Assembly: GCF_018977255.1 (NCBI RefSeq) | Contig: NW_024704743.1 | Span: 53,322,001-53,386,000 of the forward strand | Source: Callorhinchus milii | Lineage: Eukaryota | Length of the DNA stretch: 64,000 nt | Direction: 5' to 3' | Shown: piece by piece, positions 29,423-42,037 of the stretch | How the letters are laid out: every line of letters begins with the position of its first letter | Numbering within the stretch: position 1 is the stretch's first letter | The notes under the pieces: generated by a model | The model's database searches: none | The model's input: only the letters and a program-made list of their open reading frames with translations | Told to the model about the DNA's origin: nothing | Translations under genes and position numbers: made by a program

Positions 29423-30905
29423 TAAGAAAGCTCCTTCGCGTACGAAAGCTTTTTTATTTTATTTTTTTTTGGGGGGGGGGGCACCAAAACCCACCCTGGG
29501 ACTGGCCGGGGGGCGGGTTATTTTATCGATGACTTTTCTTGAGAGAAAAGAGTCTCGAATACGCGCTTAAATCAGAAGTTTCTTTCGGAAGTGCAGAGTT
29601 GTGTGGGGTGGAGGGGGGGGGAGAGGGGGGGAGGTGTTGGGTAACTTTCGCTCCTTTTTTTTTTGGTGTTGGTGGTGGTGTTGGTGTTGGTGGTGGAATT
29701 AGTTTTGGTGGAGCCCATTCCATCCTTTCCTCGCTGCACGCGGTTGAGGGGTTCCTTTTTTGGGGGGGGTGTATTTTTAATTTTTTTCGGGTTTGCGATG
29801 GGATAAAAACACCCCCCACTCCCACCCCATCACCCCCCCCAACCGGGGTGTGGGGGGGGGGTTGGTTGACAGGGAAAGAAAGATGCGTTGCGCACACGCA
29901 GCGTTTTGCGTTGCGGTCGAGCTCTTCCCGTCGAGCTAACGGGGAGGGGTTTTCCCCCCTCTCTCTCTCTCTCCCCCGTTCCCCCTCTCCCTCTCCCCCG
30001 TCCCCCTCTCCCTGTCTGTGGGCCGTGGAGCTGTGTCCCGGTCGCCCTGCACCTTCCTTTGCCGATTGTAGGCCTTCCAACCACCCCACAGGCAGCCCCG
30101 AGCCACCATTCAAATCAATGCGCGCTCAGCAAAAAAAAGGGGGAGGGGGGCACCAGGGGTTGCAAAGCGGGGAGAGTGAGAGGGGGAGAAGGGGGGCATA
30201 ATGCACATTGCACCTTTGTTATTTTCCCCACACCCCCCCCCCCAAAAAAAAATCTTAAAAACAACAACTTCCAAAAGGAGAGCTCGTCTTTGCCCAAAAT
30301 GGGTCACAATATCAAATGCATCCTCTCTCTCTCTCTCTCTCTCTCTCCTCCCCTCCCTCCTCTCTCTCTCTCTCTCTCTCTCCCCCTCCCCTCCCTCCTC
30401 TCTCTCTCTCTCTCTCTCTTTGACAGCGCGAATGCTGTTCTTGTCGGCCATACTGACTTTTAGGGCTCGACCACCAGAAACATGGCTGCAAATTAGGCTG
30501 CAAAACAATTGAGTCAACTCCTTATTTTATTTGCATCGATGTGTGTGTTTTGCATCGCACTTTTTTAGCTGCTGGAGCCGACTGTTGAAATCTTCAGCCA
30601 AATTGTCCCTCTCTTCCCCACACCCCCCCACACCCCCCACCCCAACACTCAGTCCGACTTGTAACATCATTGTTTTTTCACACACGGTTGCAAGTTGCTA
30701 CTCAGAGACACAAACTTATTTTTTTTCAGGATCAGTGGACTTTCTCTCTCTCCCCCCCTTTACTACTTAGTAGTAGGTCACTTAGTGTTCTGGGTTTTGC
30801 GTGCGTTTTTTTAACAAAAAAATAAAATGGTTTGACATCTTTTTTTCTCTGGTTTAACACGCTGCCCCTCTTCCCCCCTTTTCTTCTCTCTGTGTCTGCC
30901 CTCAG

Positions 30906-30966
30906 GTAAAGTGGAGCTACATGGCAAGTCCATAGAGGTGGAACACTCGGTTCCCAAACGACAAAG
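30906..30966 (+). CDS. IGF2BP3: IGF2BP3 exon 2 (end of RRM1)
   Basis: Polypyrimidine tract and ctcag acceptor ending at 30905. 61 nt continuing the exon 1 frame as (G)KVELHGKSIEVEHSVPKRQ(R); ELHGK and EVEHSVPKRQ are IGF2BP3-type. Donor AAG|GTACAG at 30967. Confidence 0.95.
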
Positions 30967-33900
30967 GTACAGACCGGTTTATTCATTCATTGCAATATTT
31001 CGGTGCCAACCAACAGGTAGACCTGTTAATCCAGTCAGTCTGTTTGCAATGGGTTGTTATGTGGGCTTTTTTTTTTTGGGAGTCCATACGATGGGATGCG
31101 TGGACTTTAATTCACCATTCAATTATTTGTTTGGATCCGCTGGATCGTGTTTATAACTGCTGTGTGAGTTTGGTGAACTGTTGCCTTAAGTTTCGTCCGT
31201 TATGCCCCGTGTGTGTGTGTGTGTGTGTGTGTCCTCCCACTACAAACAAATCCTATTATTGTGGATATATTTCGTAAACCGTGTTTGCAGTGGTTGGAGA
31301 AAATGTCTTTTTTTTGTTTTTATTAATCGTGTTGTTATAATAATAAGAAGAAGAGCACCCGATGCAATGCGAATTGATATTTTTCGAGAGAGGTTTGGGC
31401 GTCAGCAGGAAATGATCTGAGATGCTTTGCACTCTGTTAACTCCTCACGTGTTGGTGTGCGGGGTATCAGTGTGGGAGGGGGGCAATCCGACAGGGGGAG
31501 GACTGCAAGTCCACCCCTTCCTCTTCTCTCGTCCACGAATACAACTCAACTCGAGCCGTGTTTTTTAAAAAGTGTGAAAGTTTTAATCAGAAACCATGTC
31601 GCACCAGTGTTCAAGTCCAGTCGACTGTTCACTCTGAAACTCCCCAAAACGAAACGAGTTTTGTTCCCACAAAGTGCACGATCACGTGAATGTATGAATG
31701 GCAAACTGTCTGGCAATTTTCTTGCACAAATGAGAGGTTTAGCGTTAAACCATCGGCTTGTCCTAGTTTTGAGATTGTTTTAACCGGTAAAGGAGAGGGT
31801 TAAGTCGTGGGTAACAACAAAGTTAGTGTCAACCTTTTCAGGTTTTTTGGAAACGTGAGTCATTTGTACCAACATTTTATTGCTTAAAACGTTTTACATG
31901 GTTTCTACATTGAAACTGTTTGTGGTCATGGTCTTCTGTACTATATATGTTCTGGTTGGAAGGAGTTGTTAACTGTTTTCAATGGGCGATCTAAACATCT
32001 TACTGAGTTATTTAGAAAGCATCTTATTTTTTAAGAAAACTTTAATAGTATGCTTTACAGTCATTTAATTAATATGCAGTTGCCATGTGGAGTTTTGATT
32101 CAGTCTGAATAATTAGTTTTTTTTTACTTTAAAGCATGATTCATATTCACAAGTAATAAGTGCTGTGATTGATGTTGCTTCTCAATGCATTGAAAACGGT
32201 GTGTTTCTTTTACTATTGGAAATACTTGAATGTACAGACTTATTGTTAACACTTTTTACTAGCTTCCTGTACTTTTGGATATTTTCCCCCATTGAGAATT
32301 TTTTTGCTCTTAATCAATGTTCCCCAGTCTCATTGATGATGATTATTCTAGATCTAACACTGTAAATTTTGTGATATTTATGATCAAGGATTTTTAAAGT
32401 ATATAATGTTGGTAACAAGATATGTAATTACATTTGTAGTTGACGAGAAGAAATATTTCAGTGGCATCAAAATATAAGATGATGATATAAAATATCAATA
32501 TAATTTGATGCATTTTTAAAACTTAGGGTGATTTTATCTGTCATCTTTCAGTGGCATTGCAAGCTTACCTTTCTAACAACAAAAATTGGAAATTGTACAA
32601 TTAACTCTGTGCACGATTTCAGTATAGATACTGGTCTTTATTGCAAAAGTTAATTATAATGGAAAGTATTTGATTCAGTTCTTACTTCAGAACACATTTT
32701 TGGCTTTTTTCACCAACATTGTAAATTAGTTTGTTCTCTCACCAACTTCATGTTTTTAGAATGGATCCAAACTTTAAAGGATTAAAAATCCTTAGTAATA
32801 TAATCCAAATGTACCATTCTCTGACCTAAATAACCAATGGTTTATCAAAAGCTGAATCTGTCTCAGTGGTGACATACTGGCTGTTTTCAATATTTAATCA
32901 AAAGTGAACTTTTGTGTTTTTTCTCATCTCGCCCATTACAATTTTGCAAGCTCTTCAGTTTTGATGTGGATTGATACTGGTGTGTATTGTTAGGACTCCT
33001 TTGTGTATAATACCATTTTGAACTTAATGAGTTCAATAATGTTTTGAAATAGTAAAACAAACAGCATACGTATGTGACTCTGGAAAGACCTTAGACTGAA
33101 AATCTGAACTTCAGAGAATGCATTGTACAATAGTTGTCTCCATTTTGTTGAAAACGCAAGTCTGCTGAAATGGCAAAAAGGAAGGGAAAACACCTAGCTG
33201 ATTCATTAAGAATAAGCAATAAGAATTTTCAGCTTCTTTTAAAAAAATGCAAAGGTTTGTATTTAAATTTGTTCCCAGAAACTGCTTTTTACTAGCCCTG
33301 TAGTGCCAGCAGTGGAGCTCTGGCCTCTTTTTTGGGGGGCCTCGAGGTCATGTGAGCTTTGATTAGTTTGACTGCTTTTAATGTGAGGATCTCTACTTTT
33401 CTTCCTGAATTTCAACGCATGTCTTCTCCTCTTCGGTAGTTGATGATTGCTCCATTTTGAGGTTAGCAGAGCCAACCAATATTGTCTTCCCCACCTAAGT
33501 ATAACTCTTAACATGATTGAGCTGGATGTGATAAAAGTCTCTGATCAATGAATTATGTATGTGCCCTCGTTTGGCATTGTGATGACCTGGAGTTTGGAAA
33601 ATGAAATGCTGTCATTTGTGTTGCTTTTCTAATTATTCTATTATTTCAAACACAGATTTATTTTAGATATGCATGTCAACATCTTTCCATTTTTGTATAA
33701 TGACTGAATATTTTTAAGTGTCATAATGATCAATGTTTTGCAATTTTAGTGGCTGTTAATGTAAATACCTAAAGCTGGTCAAGTCTTGGATAAAACTCGG
33801 CTACAGGCTCTATACTATACTGTTTAGCTGTATACATTTTTAAATATTGCGACATTGCAGTAACTACAAAATTGATCTTAGTTTGTAGCATTTGAGCTCC

Positions 33901-36900
33901 TTATTTAATCAGCAATATAAGATTGTGTGATTTTTGTATGGGGGGGAGGGACTGATTTGAAATGGTGTAGGTAGGCTGTCTAAAGAAATAATCGATTTAA
34001 TAAAAGAAATAGTCTAACAAAACTAAGAATGTAATAGTGTGTAGATGTTTATGTGCTCATCACTCATTAGGTGTGCCCGACTAATTTCTTCCAGAAACCT
34101 AAACTTTAAGCTGTTGTAATCAATGAGGAGGAAAAAGATTTTGTCAGTTATTTCAAAAAAATAAACTATTTATCTCGATTTAATAATTTGGTATTTCATT
34201 AAGTTTTATCTGGAATCCTACATATGTACGAGTACAGAAGCCCACCCAGTCTGCTGGTATGTCTGTGCGGTGTACTTAAAGCTTTTCCTACAAATATTCA
34301 TTTTGATTTGAATGGCTTTGTTTGTTGACCATACTGTTTGATAGTTATATTTTCTTTTTTTAAAATAAAGTGTTTTGCTTTGATTATAGCTAAAGAATAT
34401 GGCTAGTGATTCCAAATGGGAAAAATTAAAAATGTGCATGTTTATTCAAAAGCCTTACTGATCAGAAAACTATGAAATGGTACTGGTGCATTTTTTTTGC
34501 CCTGGTCGTCCCTCCCAGTTTTCATCAATGAACAATGTGCATGTTTATCCAAAAGCCAAGTTCGGCATATTTTCATTTTTCAAACTGAGAAATTCTGTTC
34601 GATTATCTGCAGTTTTTTTTGATTGATGTGCATGCATGAGTAGTAAGTTACTTCCTTCATTCTGCTCACTTTGCCTTTGGGCCATGGAGGCGAATGAGTG
34701 GGGGTATTGCTAATCCACATCCTCATCACGTAAAGAAAGGTCAAGAGGTGGTGTCAGTTAGGGTTGCCATAAAGTTGCGTTGAGGCCAGAGGACCAATCG
34801 AGGCAAAGTGTGCTTGATTTGTTATTCAAAGTGAAATTCTTGGGCCCAGCAGTCACTGCATTCCAGCTCGCGTTGGAACGTTCAGAATTGACGTGAACAC
34901 GCCCACCATTGCAAAAGCGACCTTTGTACCTGCTGTGAAAGGCAGGTTGGGAATATGGTGCCGTAGAGCCCTTAGTGAAGCGTTAACAGGAGGATGAAAG
35001 ACTACACACTGCTATTGAAGGGGGCTTGGTTGAGGCTTACTTGATAGCAAATGTGTGGTGGGGGAGGGTTGAGCTTTCAAGATTACTTCAGGCCTCCATG
35101 GTTGGGTATCCTTAAGTCAGTTTTCAAGATGATAAATTATACAACACAATTGTGTACATTAGTAATATTAGCTGCAAGGGTCCATCATTTTGCGTATGTT
35201 GAGTGCAAGCTGTTCATTGGGAGGGTAGTGACAAAATTCCTCTTGAACGTGTTGAAATTAATCTTGAAAACAAAATATTTTAACTTTAATCAATTCTGCA
35301 GTTGTAGGATTGTTTTTACTTTCTGCCAATTAGTTTTAAGAAGGTACCTAAGATGGCTGATTTGTGCACTCTCAATTCATTTTGATTTTGATAGGAAGTC
35401 CTGCAGGCTTTATTGTGATACCAGAGCAGCTGGTGTCCAGTAGGCAATGCACATGCTACAATCTGATTATGCAAACAGCCTGCTGTTATTTGTTGTGCAA
35501 TGGGCAGTTTAGTTTGGGGGATGGGTGAGGATCTGACACTTGCCACCTGGGGTTGGTTACTGAATCACCCTCTTCAGAATTTTATAGCATTCTTCATCAT
35601 ACAGTCATGTAAGTGAATCAAGTAATCTTTGAAAACAGCTCTGCTTAGTTTCCTGCAAGGAAATTATGAACTTTGTTTTAAAAAAATCTTCATGTGTATT
35701 TTGCAGAGCAGATCATGGATACCCAATTTGATTTTCTATTTTCTCTGCCTGTCAGGTAATGAGAAATGGCTGTAAAGTGCGTGTTCTGGCTTGGGTTGCT
35801 TCCTCCTTGACCTTTGACTGTAATCAGTAAAGGGGCAGCATTGCACACAAAGCAGACTCGCTGTTTTTGATTGTTGTGAATTGTACTGCACAGGATGGTC
35901 ATTATGATTTCCTACTGTCATCGGCTCTTTATTTGAGGATGTCCACAAAAAGTGCCTCTGGCCACAAAAACTAACTTTGTATGGACCTGCAAATTTAAAG
36001 AGGGAGATTCTTATTAATTTGTTCTGTGAAATTAGCAACGATATTGTGACTGGGAAAAGGCTTTGAGCAGCAATTTGCCAAGTGCAGACAGAATTGCTGA
36101 ACGGTATAATTTGACAAGTTCGTTCACCATAGAATCTTAAATGGCTTAACAGCTTTTTATTTGTGTTTTAAGTGGTTTCTTTGAGATATGAAATGTTTCC
36201 AAAAAATACCTGTAGCTTGTTTCCTTTGCAAGTTTCCTCGAGTGGTAGTCTTGAATTTCTCAGTAGATGAAACCTATTTGAAACACTCCCAATGTTTGAG
36301 ATTTTGAAACATTGTTACTAATGAATTTATACATGTTAGATATATTTCTGATTTACTTCATAGAAATTAGTGAATGAGGTGAGCTCCAGTGACCAGACTA
36401 AATTACTGGATCTAGGAATCAAGGTAATGGAGCTAGTTTTGACAGCGGTAAAATTAGCCAGGGCAGTGTCTTGTGTTTGAGGTTAGGTTTCCTTACCAGC
36501 GTGCACTTTATGTCCAAACCCGAATAATGGACACAATTTTGAAGAGTATTATAATGACTGGCCTATTTTGGTTAAAGTTGATTTGGATCAGAAGTGAACT
36601 GGACCAAATATTTAAGAAAACGTCAATTCTTAATCTTGCACACATTCTTTATGTGGTTTGGAAAGTGTGGTATTAGATATGAACTGCCCAATTAAAAAGA
36701 ACAAAATTGTACAATTAAAATAAATATTATTCTTTGTAGAGGAAGAAGAAAGGAGGTAGGACAAAGGTATGCCTTGCTGGCAAGATTGCTGTGGTCAGAA
36801 GAGTTTGTTTTTGTGAGAGAGAATGAAAAGCGAATAAGTGATCAATTTCTTCTTAGCCCCAAGTTAAGTAAAGGTAGACTGAATCATTTTTTGTAGAACA

Positions 36901-37402
36901 TTCAATAGAAACTGCAGAATGTACTGAAATTGCTGTAATTAACCTACTTTCAATGAAAATGTTCTTTGCTTATGATGATTAGGTGTAACATTGACAAGTG
37001 TTGTACAGAAATGGTAACATTTTTTGTAATGAGTGCCTTTGCTTTATAGAACTTTCAAACTTGTCCCTGTGGGCACTTTGTTTTGGATGATTTGTAGAAT
37101 ACATGTTAAAAATGAAGTGGGCTCGGTCATTGTTTTAGGCACAACTAGAGTGTTCAGTAATTTTTTTTCAACATTTTTATTTTAGCAACTACCACTCAAC
37201 CTGTATTGCTTTATGATGTGAATCCTTAATTTGCATCTGCCAACCCATGCTTGTAGCTGATAAAGGATTATTGCAAATGTTGGGGTTAAGAGAGGTTATG
37301 GGAACAATGATTATTGTTTGACATAATTGCAAAACATGGAGTTCCTGGTTAGGACTTAATACTTAAACTTTATTAAATTGTGTCTTTTTAATTTGTCTCT
37401 AA

Positions 37403-37734
37403 GAAGTTCTGTAGCACAGTGTTCAGAGCATTGCAAGGGAGAGATCTGCGTTCTATTCCAGGCAAGGCGAAATGTTGGGCAAGTTTCCTTACTCCACACG
37501 CCTTTGTTTACCTAGCAGTAAGTAGGAACCCAGTTGTTAGTCGATTGGAGAATCTCTTTCCCAGGGATAATAATTCTTAAAAAAAAATTGGTCACTCAAT
37601 CCATGACTGTTTATGGGATACTGCTACATTTCACCCACAAATATAGTCAATTCACTTTACAGTATATTCTGTGAAGCGCTTTGAGACATCTAGGAGATGT
37701 GAAAAGCGCTATATCAAATGCAAGGATTATTATT
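37403..37734 (+). mobile_element. tRNA-Ala SINE, long variant, full length
   Basis: Head, internal segment, hairpin tail and (att)n. Confidence 0.9.
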
Positions 37735-40700
37735 GTTCTCTATTGTGGAATTATTATTATGCAAAAGTGTAAAATTACTTCAAACCAAAATTTTGGAATA
37801 ACTATATAAGATCAAATTTGAGTTGACAATGCATGAAACGGAAATTGTATTAAAAAAAAGTTGTATTGCACATTTCATAACCAGACAAATTAACTGGAAT
37901 GTCTGTTTGAGATTCAAATATTGGAAAAGCTATTTGAGTATTACAATGTGAATTGATATAATTGTAAAACTGAAGCCAGTTTGGAATGCTTTGTCAGCTG
38001 TTGCTGCATTTCATTTTAATTGTCTTAGGGTTTTATGTTTAAGTTATGTTGAATAAGAAAAAGCTAAATTCTGAAAGGGCTGTGTTCTTTTCTGATTTGT
38101 CTTTTCTGTGTGGCTTAAGAACTTTGCCTTCATATACTGCAAGTTTGAAGCAGTAGAACTGTTTAATTTGTAATATATTGGTGTACTTTGCATATTTTTT
38201 TAAAAAAAGTTAAATGTGAAATATGAAATGCATGGGAAGAAGTTGAATTTAAAATTCTAGGATTTCCTTCATTGTTCTGGGTTCTGAACATTTTTTAAAA
38301 TGTAATGAGCTTCTAGTTCTGTTTATAAATGTGATGAAACGTAAATAATTATCTCCAATGGTATTTATCATGGATGGTTGAATCGTGTTGATCAAGCAGT
38401 CCTTTCTATTGACTTGAAATGATTTAGTCATTGATATGGGGTCCTCGATTTATTTTAAAACATAATTTTAAATGGCTTCAAAGCATTTTCAGCACCCAGT
38501 TTGGTCTATTTAGAAGGTCTGAATAGCATTTTTATTTATTGTGTTTTTTCTTCTTTTATGGACTTGGGATGTAATGGTTTTCATACTTCTAGACCTGTGC
38601 AAGGTGTATTCAGTTTTTCACAATTCAGAAATGTTGCACAGTGGAAGCTTGTGAATTGTTGGATTGCTGCATCTTAACAGCTTTTGTGGTGTATTTTACA
38701 TTCCTGTTGGATTAATGTAACAAGTGTTTAAAGTCACTGCTTTGGACAAATGTTCAAATATCATGGATTTAATTTGAGAAGACTGTAAAGAATATTTTAG
38801 AACTGATAAAAATCATTAGATAATTGTGTTCATTTTATTTGGAACTATTATTAGCAATGAAATGTATGAAAAAAATATTAGATCTCAAACTAATGTTTAG
38901 CATGGTGATTAGCTTCACCAAACATTTTAAAATTGGGTATTTGAATTTCTACATCTGTCTTCATTGTGTTACCTTAAGTATTATGTCAATGTGTGGATAC
39001 TCTCAATCTATTTTAAATTTGTGAATTTCATATGTGTAAAATACCTGTGCTCTGTGAATTTAAGAATTGTTTTTTCTCTTGTTGTTGAAAATAGTTTTCT
39101 TACTGTTCTTTTTGTAACTCACTAAGGACCCATTGTATCAAAATGTTGCACTACAATGCAGTAGGGTTTATACATATTTTTAAACTGTTCCATGCATTGA
39201 AGAGTTGTTTTCAATGTGCCCAACTAAATAATCAAAATAGTTTGTTATATAAAGAGCATTGATAATCGAAGTTGATTTGAAATAGTTATTTTTAAAAAAA
39301 TCTAATTTGCTTTGCAACAATTTCCTAATTTTGTTTTTTAGATTCAAACTATGCTAGTGATTCTTAAAAGATCCAAATTATGTATGTGATTTCCTCTTAT
39401 CTGCCCTGAATCATTGAGAACAAAATATGACCTTAAATCAGATGTTCCATTTGTGCTGCTAAACCTTTTTCACCAGGCGGTAACTATCATTTTTTGTACT
39501 GAGTCTTGTATTAAGGAGATGAAAAGAGAAATGGCTTTGTTGGAATAAAGGTTTCTACATATGTAAAATTTGTAATTGTAGTTCTCCAGTGACGTGTCGC
39601 ATAAAGTGACTCAAATGATATAAGCAGCTGCAAAGGAGAAAATGAACTGGTATCTAGAAAAATAAGTTTCAATTTAATAGTCTTCTTTCATCAGATAGAT
39701 ATTTTAGTTGCAGTACTTTATTAAATTAACATTCTTAAACCTCTTCTTAGGATCTGATATAGATGTTTTTTTTCCTCAGTGAAATTTAATGTCAACTACT
39801 TATCAGGTTAAAAACAAAGAATAGATTTGTTCGATTTCTCTACCTAGAAACTAATGTAGCACAAGATTTAACCTGGATTAAGGATACAAATGTATTGATC
39901 AAACTGATTAGCACCAACTGTTTTGAGCATTTTTACACTGAAATGGAAACTTCTTCCCTCAGATTACATTTGAGTTTAAATTATTTCCAATAGTTGACTT
40001 AAAGCATTCAACATATTCATAATACATTTTGAAATGCAGTTAGATATTTTAAAACTGCTTATGGTTTAAAATCTATGTAAGTAATTTGGTAATTCATCTA
40101 TCTACATTTGAGAAATGTTCAGAGTCAAGATTCAAATTGGTAGAGTTCTTTCATAAAAGCAATAGTGCATACAACAATCTGAAAAGTAAATGAACAAGCA
40201 GTTCAGATAAAAGTTTCAGCTTTTAAGGGAAGCTTACTGTGGAATTCTTTCAAGGATAATCTGGAGTTCACTATTCAAGTACAATTTAAAATAGGATAAT
40301 TTTTGATTTTTAAAAACAGGGTTCCCTGTGTTTTGTAACTAAAACTACTAAACTTAATATTTGAATATAGTATTGCTACAGTACTTGCTCTTGTACTAGA
40401 ATTGAATGATATGCTAACCTTTATAGCTGGTCTGAACAGAACAAGTTCTATTCATGCTAATAACAATTGAGATTTATTTTGGGATCAAATGCAGATTTAG
40501 AATGAATCATTAATTAATCATATTTGTTATACTCTTTAAATTTTTAACTTATTAATCGGACAGAAAACTATTGTACAAAATAGTCTGGAAAGAGTGCTTT
40601 AGAAGCATACAGTAATCTCATTTACAATGGCCATATAGATTCTATTTTCCAATAGGGACAGATATATCCAAACAATATTATACTATTTCTATACTAATTT

Positions 40701-41564
40701 CTTTCGTAGATTAAGTAGGAATTTACAAATTCTATGTACAAATTATGAAATATTGCACAAAGTCTGGACTGTCATTTTAAGATTTAATTTGAAGCAAACC
40801 AGAATTTCATATTAAAATGGAGTTGGAATTCAGTAGAAGTTGTGATCCTGTTAGAATCCAAGATAGATTTGAATAATATCAAAGTAAATGTACCGAGAAC
40901 CTATGTGGTTTATAATTGATATGGGTCTGCATTTTGAATGTGACATGTTTTTAAAAATCATTTGTGTAGCTAATCGTTCACTTGATTTATTTAGAAAATT
41001 ATGTGTGCTTTCTGAATTGCAGTCTTGCCTAATTTGTGGGGAGACTATTGATGTATCTTGGCATGAAGCAATTCCATAGTGTGTTAAAATGTATTGTATG
41101 ATCATTTTAACTTCATGAAGCTTTAATTTTTGACTACATAACCAAACCACTAACATTGATCTGAGCAAACTGTCTATTACTAATTATAATTGTCAATACC
41201 CATTAGCCTTATAAATTGAACTTTAATTAGGGTTCTGATATACTTTTGAAATCTTGAACAGACTCAACTTAGTTTTTAATTGTTCTATTGCCATTTGTAG
41301 AAAGCATCAAGAGTTGTAGGTTTTGTATTAGTTTAGAGTGTCTTGGAATGAATGAAAATGAAGTTCCTTATTCTGCCACCTTGGAATATACATTAACCCA
41401 TCCATGTTGATTTTAATATTACCTGATAGTTACAACTTGAATTTTTTCTTCCCTTGCATAATGTATTGCGTACTTAAGACTAGTGCGATCCAGTAAATTG
41501 TAATATAGTATCAGTACTCAGAACATATTTGAGAGCCCAGATGAGATTCAGTAATTGGGCGACA

Positions 41565-42037
41565 TTCATTAGGCTATTTTATCTGGGGAAATTATTAGCC
41601 AGGACACATTTTTGAATAATAATATGGGATCTTTAAACGACCACTTGAACAGGCAGATAGGACCTCAGTTTAAAATCTCACCCAAAGCACTGCATTCCTG
41701 GCAATGCAGTTTACTCTCGGCACTGCATTGGCATGTTAGCCTCGATCACTGGTCACCAACCTTTATGATCAGCCAACCAAATTTTTTTTAATAGAATTTT
41801 TCTTAATTTATGGCCACGCCGTGAGTATCGCGGCTTGAAAGCTATTGGAAGCCAGGTGTTGATTTTCGTGCACTTGCCTGGACTGGTGTGGTTATTTAGT
41901 GGACCACTTCTACAAGCACCACGGATTGGCGACCACTGGCCTAGGCAGTGATCTCTAAAAAGTCTTTGCACGGAAGACTTCGAACAGAAAAGCTTCTGCC
42001 TCTGAGGCTAGGGCGTTACCATCTGAGCTAGGCTGAC
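41565..42037 (-). mobile_element. Deu-domain SINE with its own tRNA-like head, split by a MITE
   Basis: Reverse complement gtcagcctagctcagatggtaacgccctagcctcagaggcagaag...gagattttaaactgaggtcctatctgcctgttcaagtggtcgtttaaagatcccat. Confidence 0.7.
41747..41938. mobile_element. hAT (Charlie-like) MITE, 192 bp
   Basis: TIRs cactggtcaccaa / ttggcgaccactg (11/13 match); degenerate 8-bp flanks gcctcgat / gcctaggc. Confidence 0.7.
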
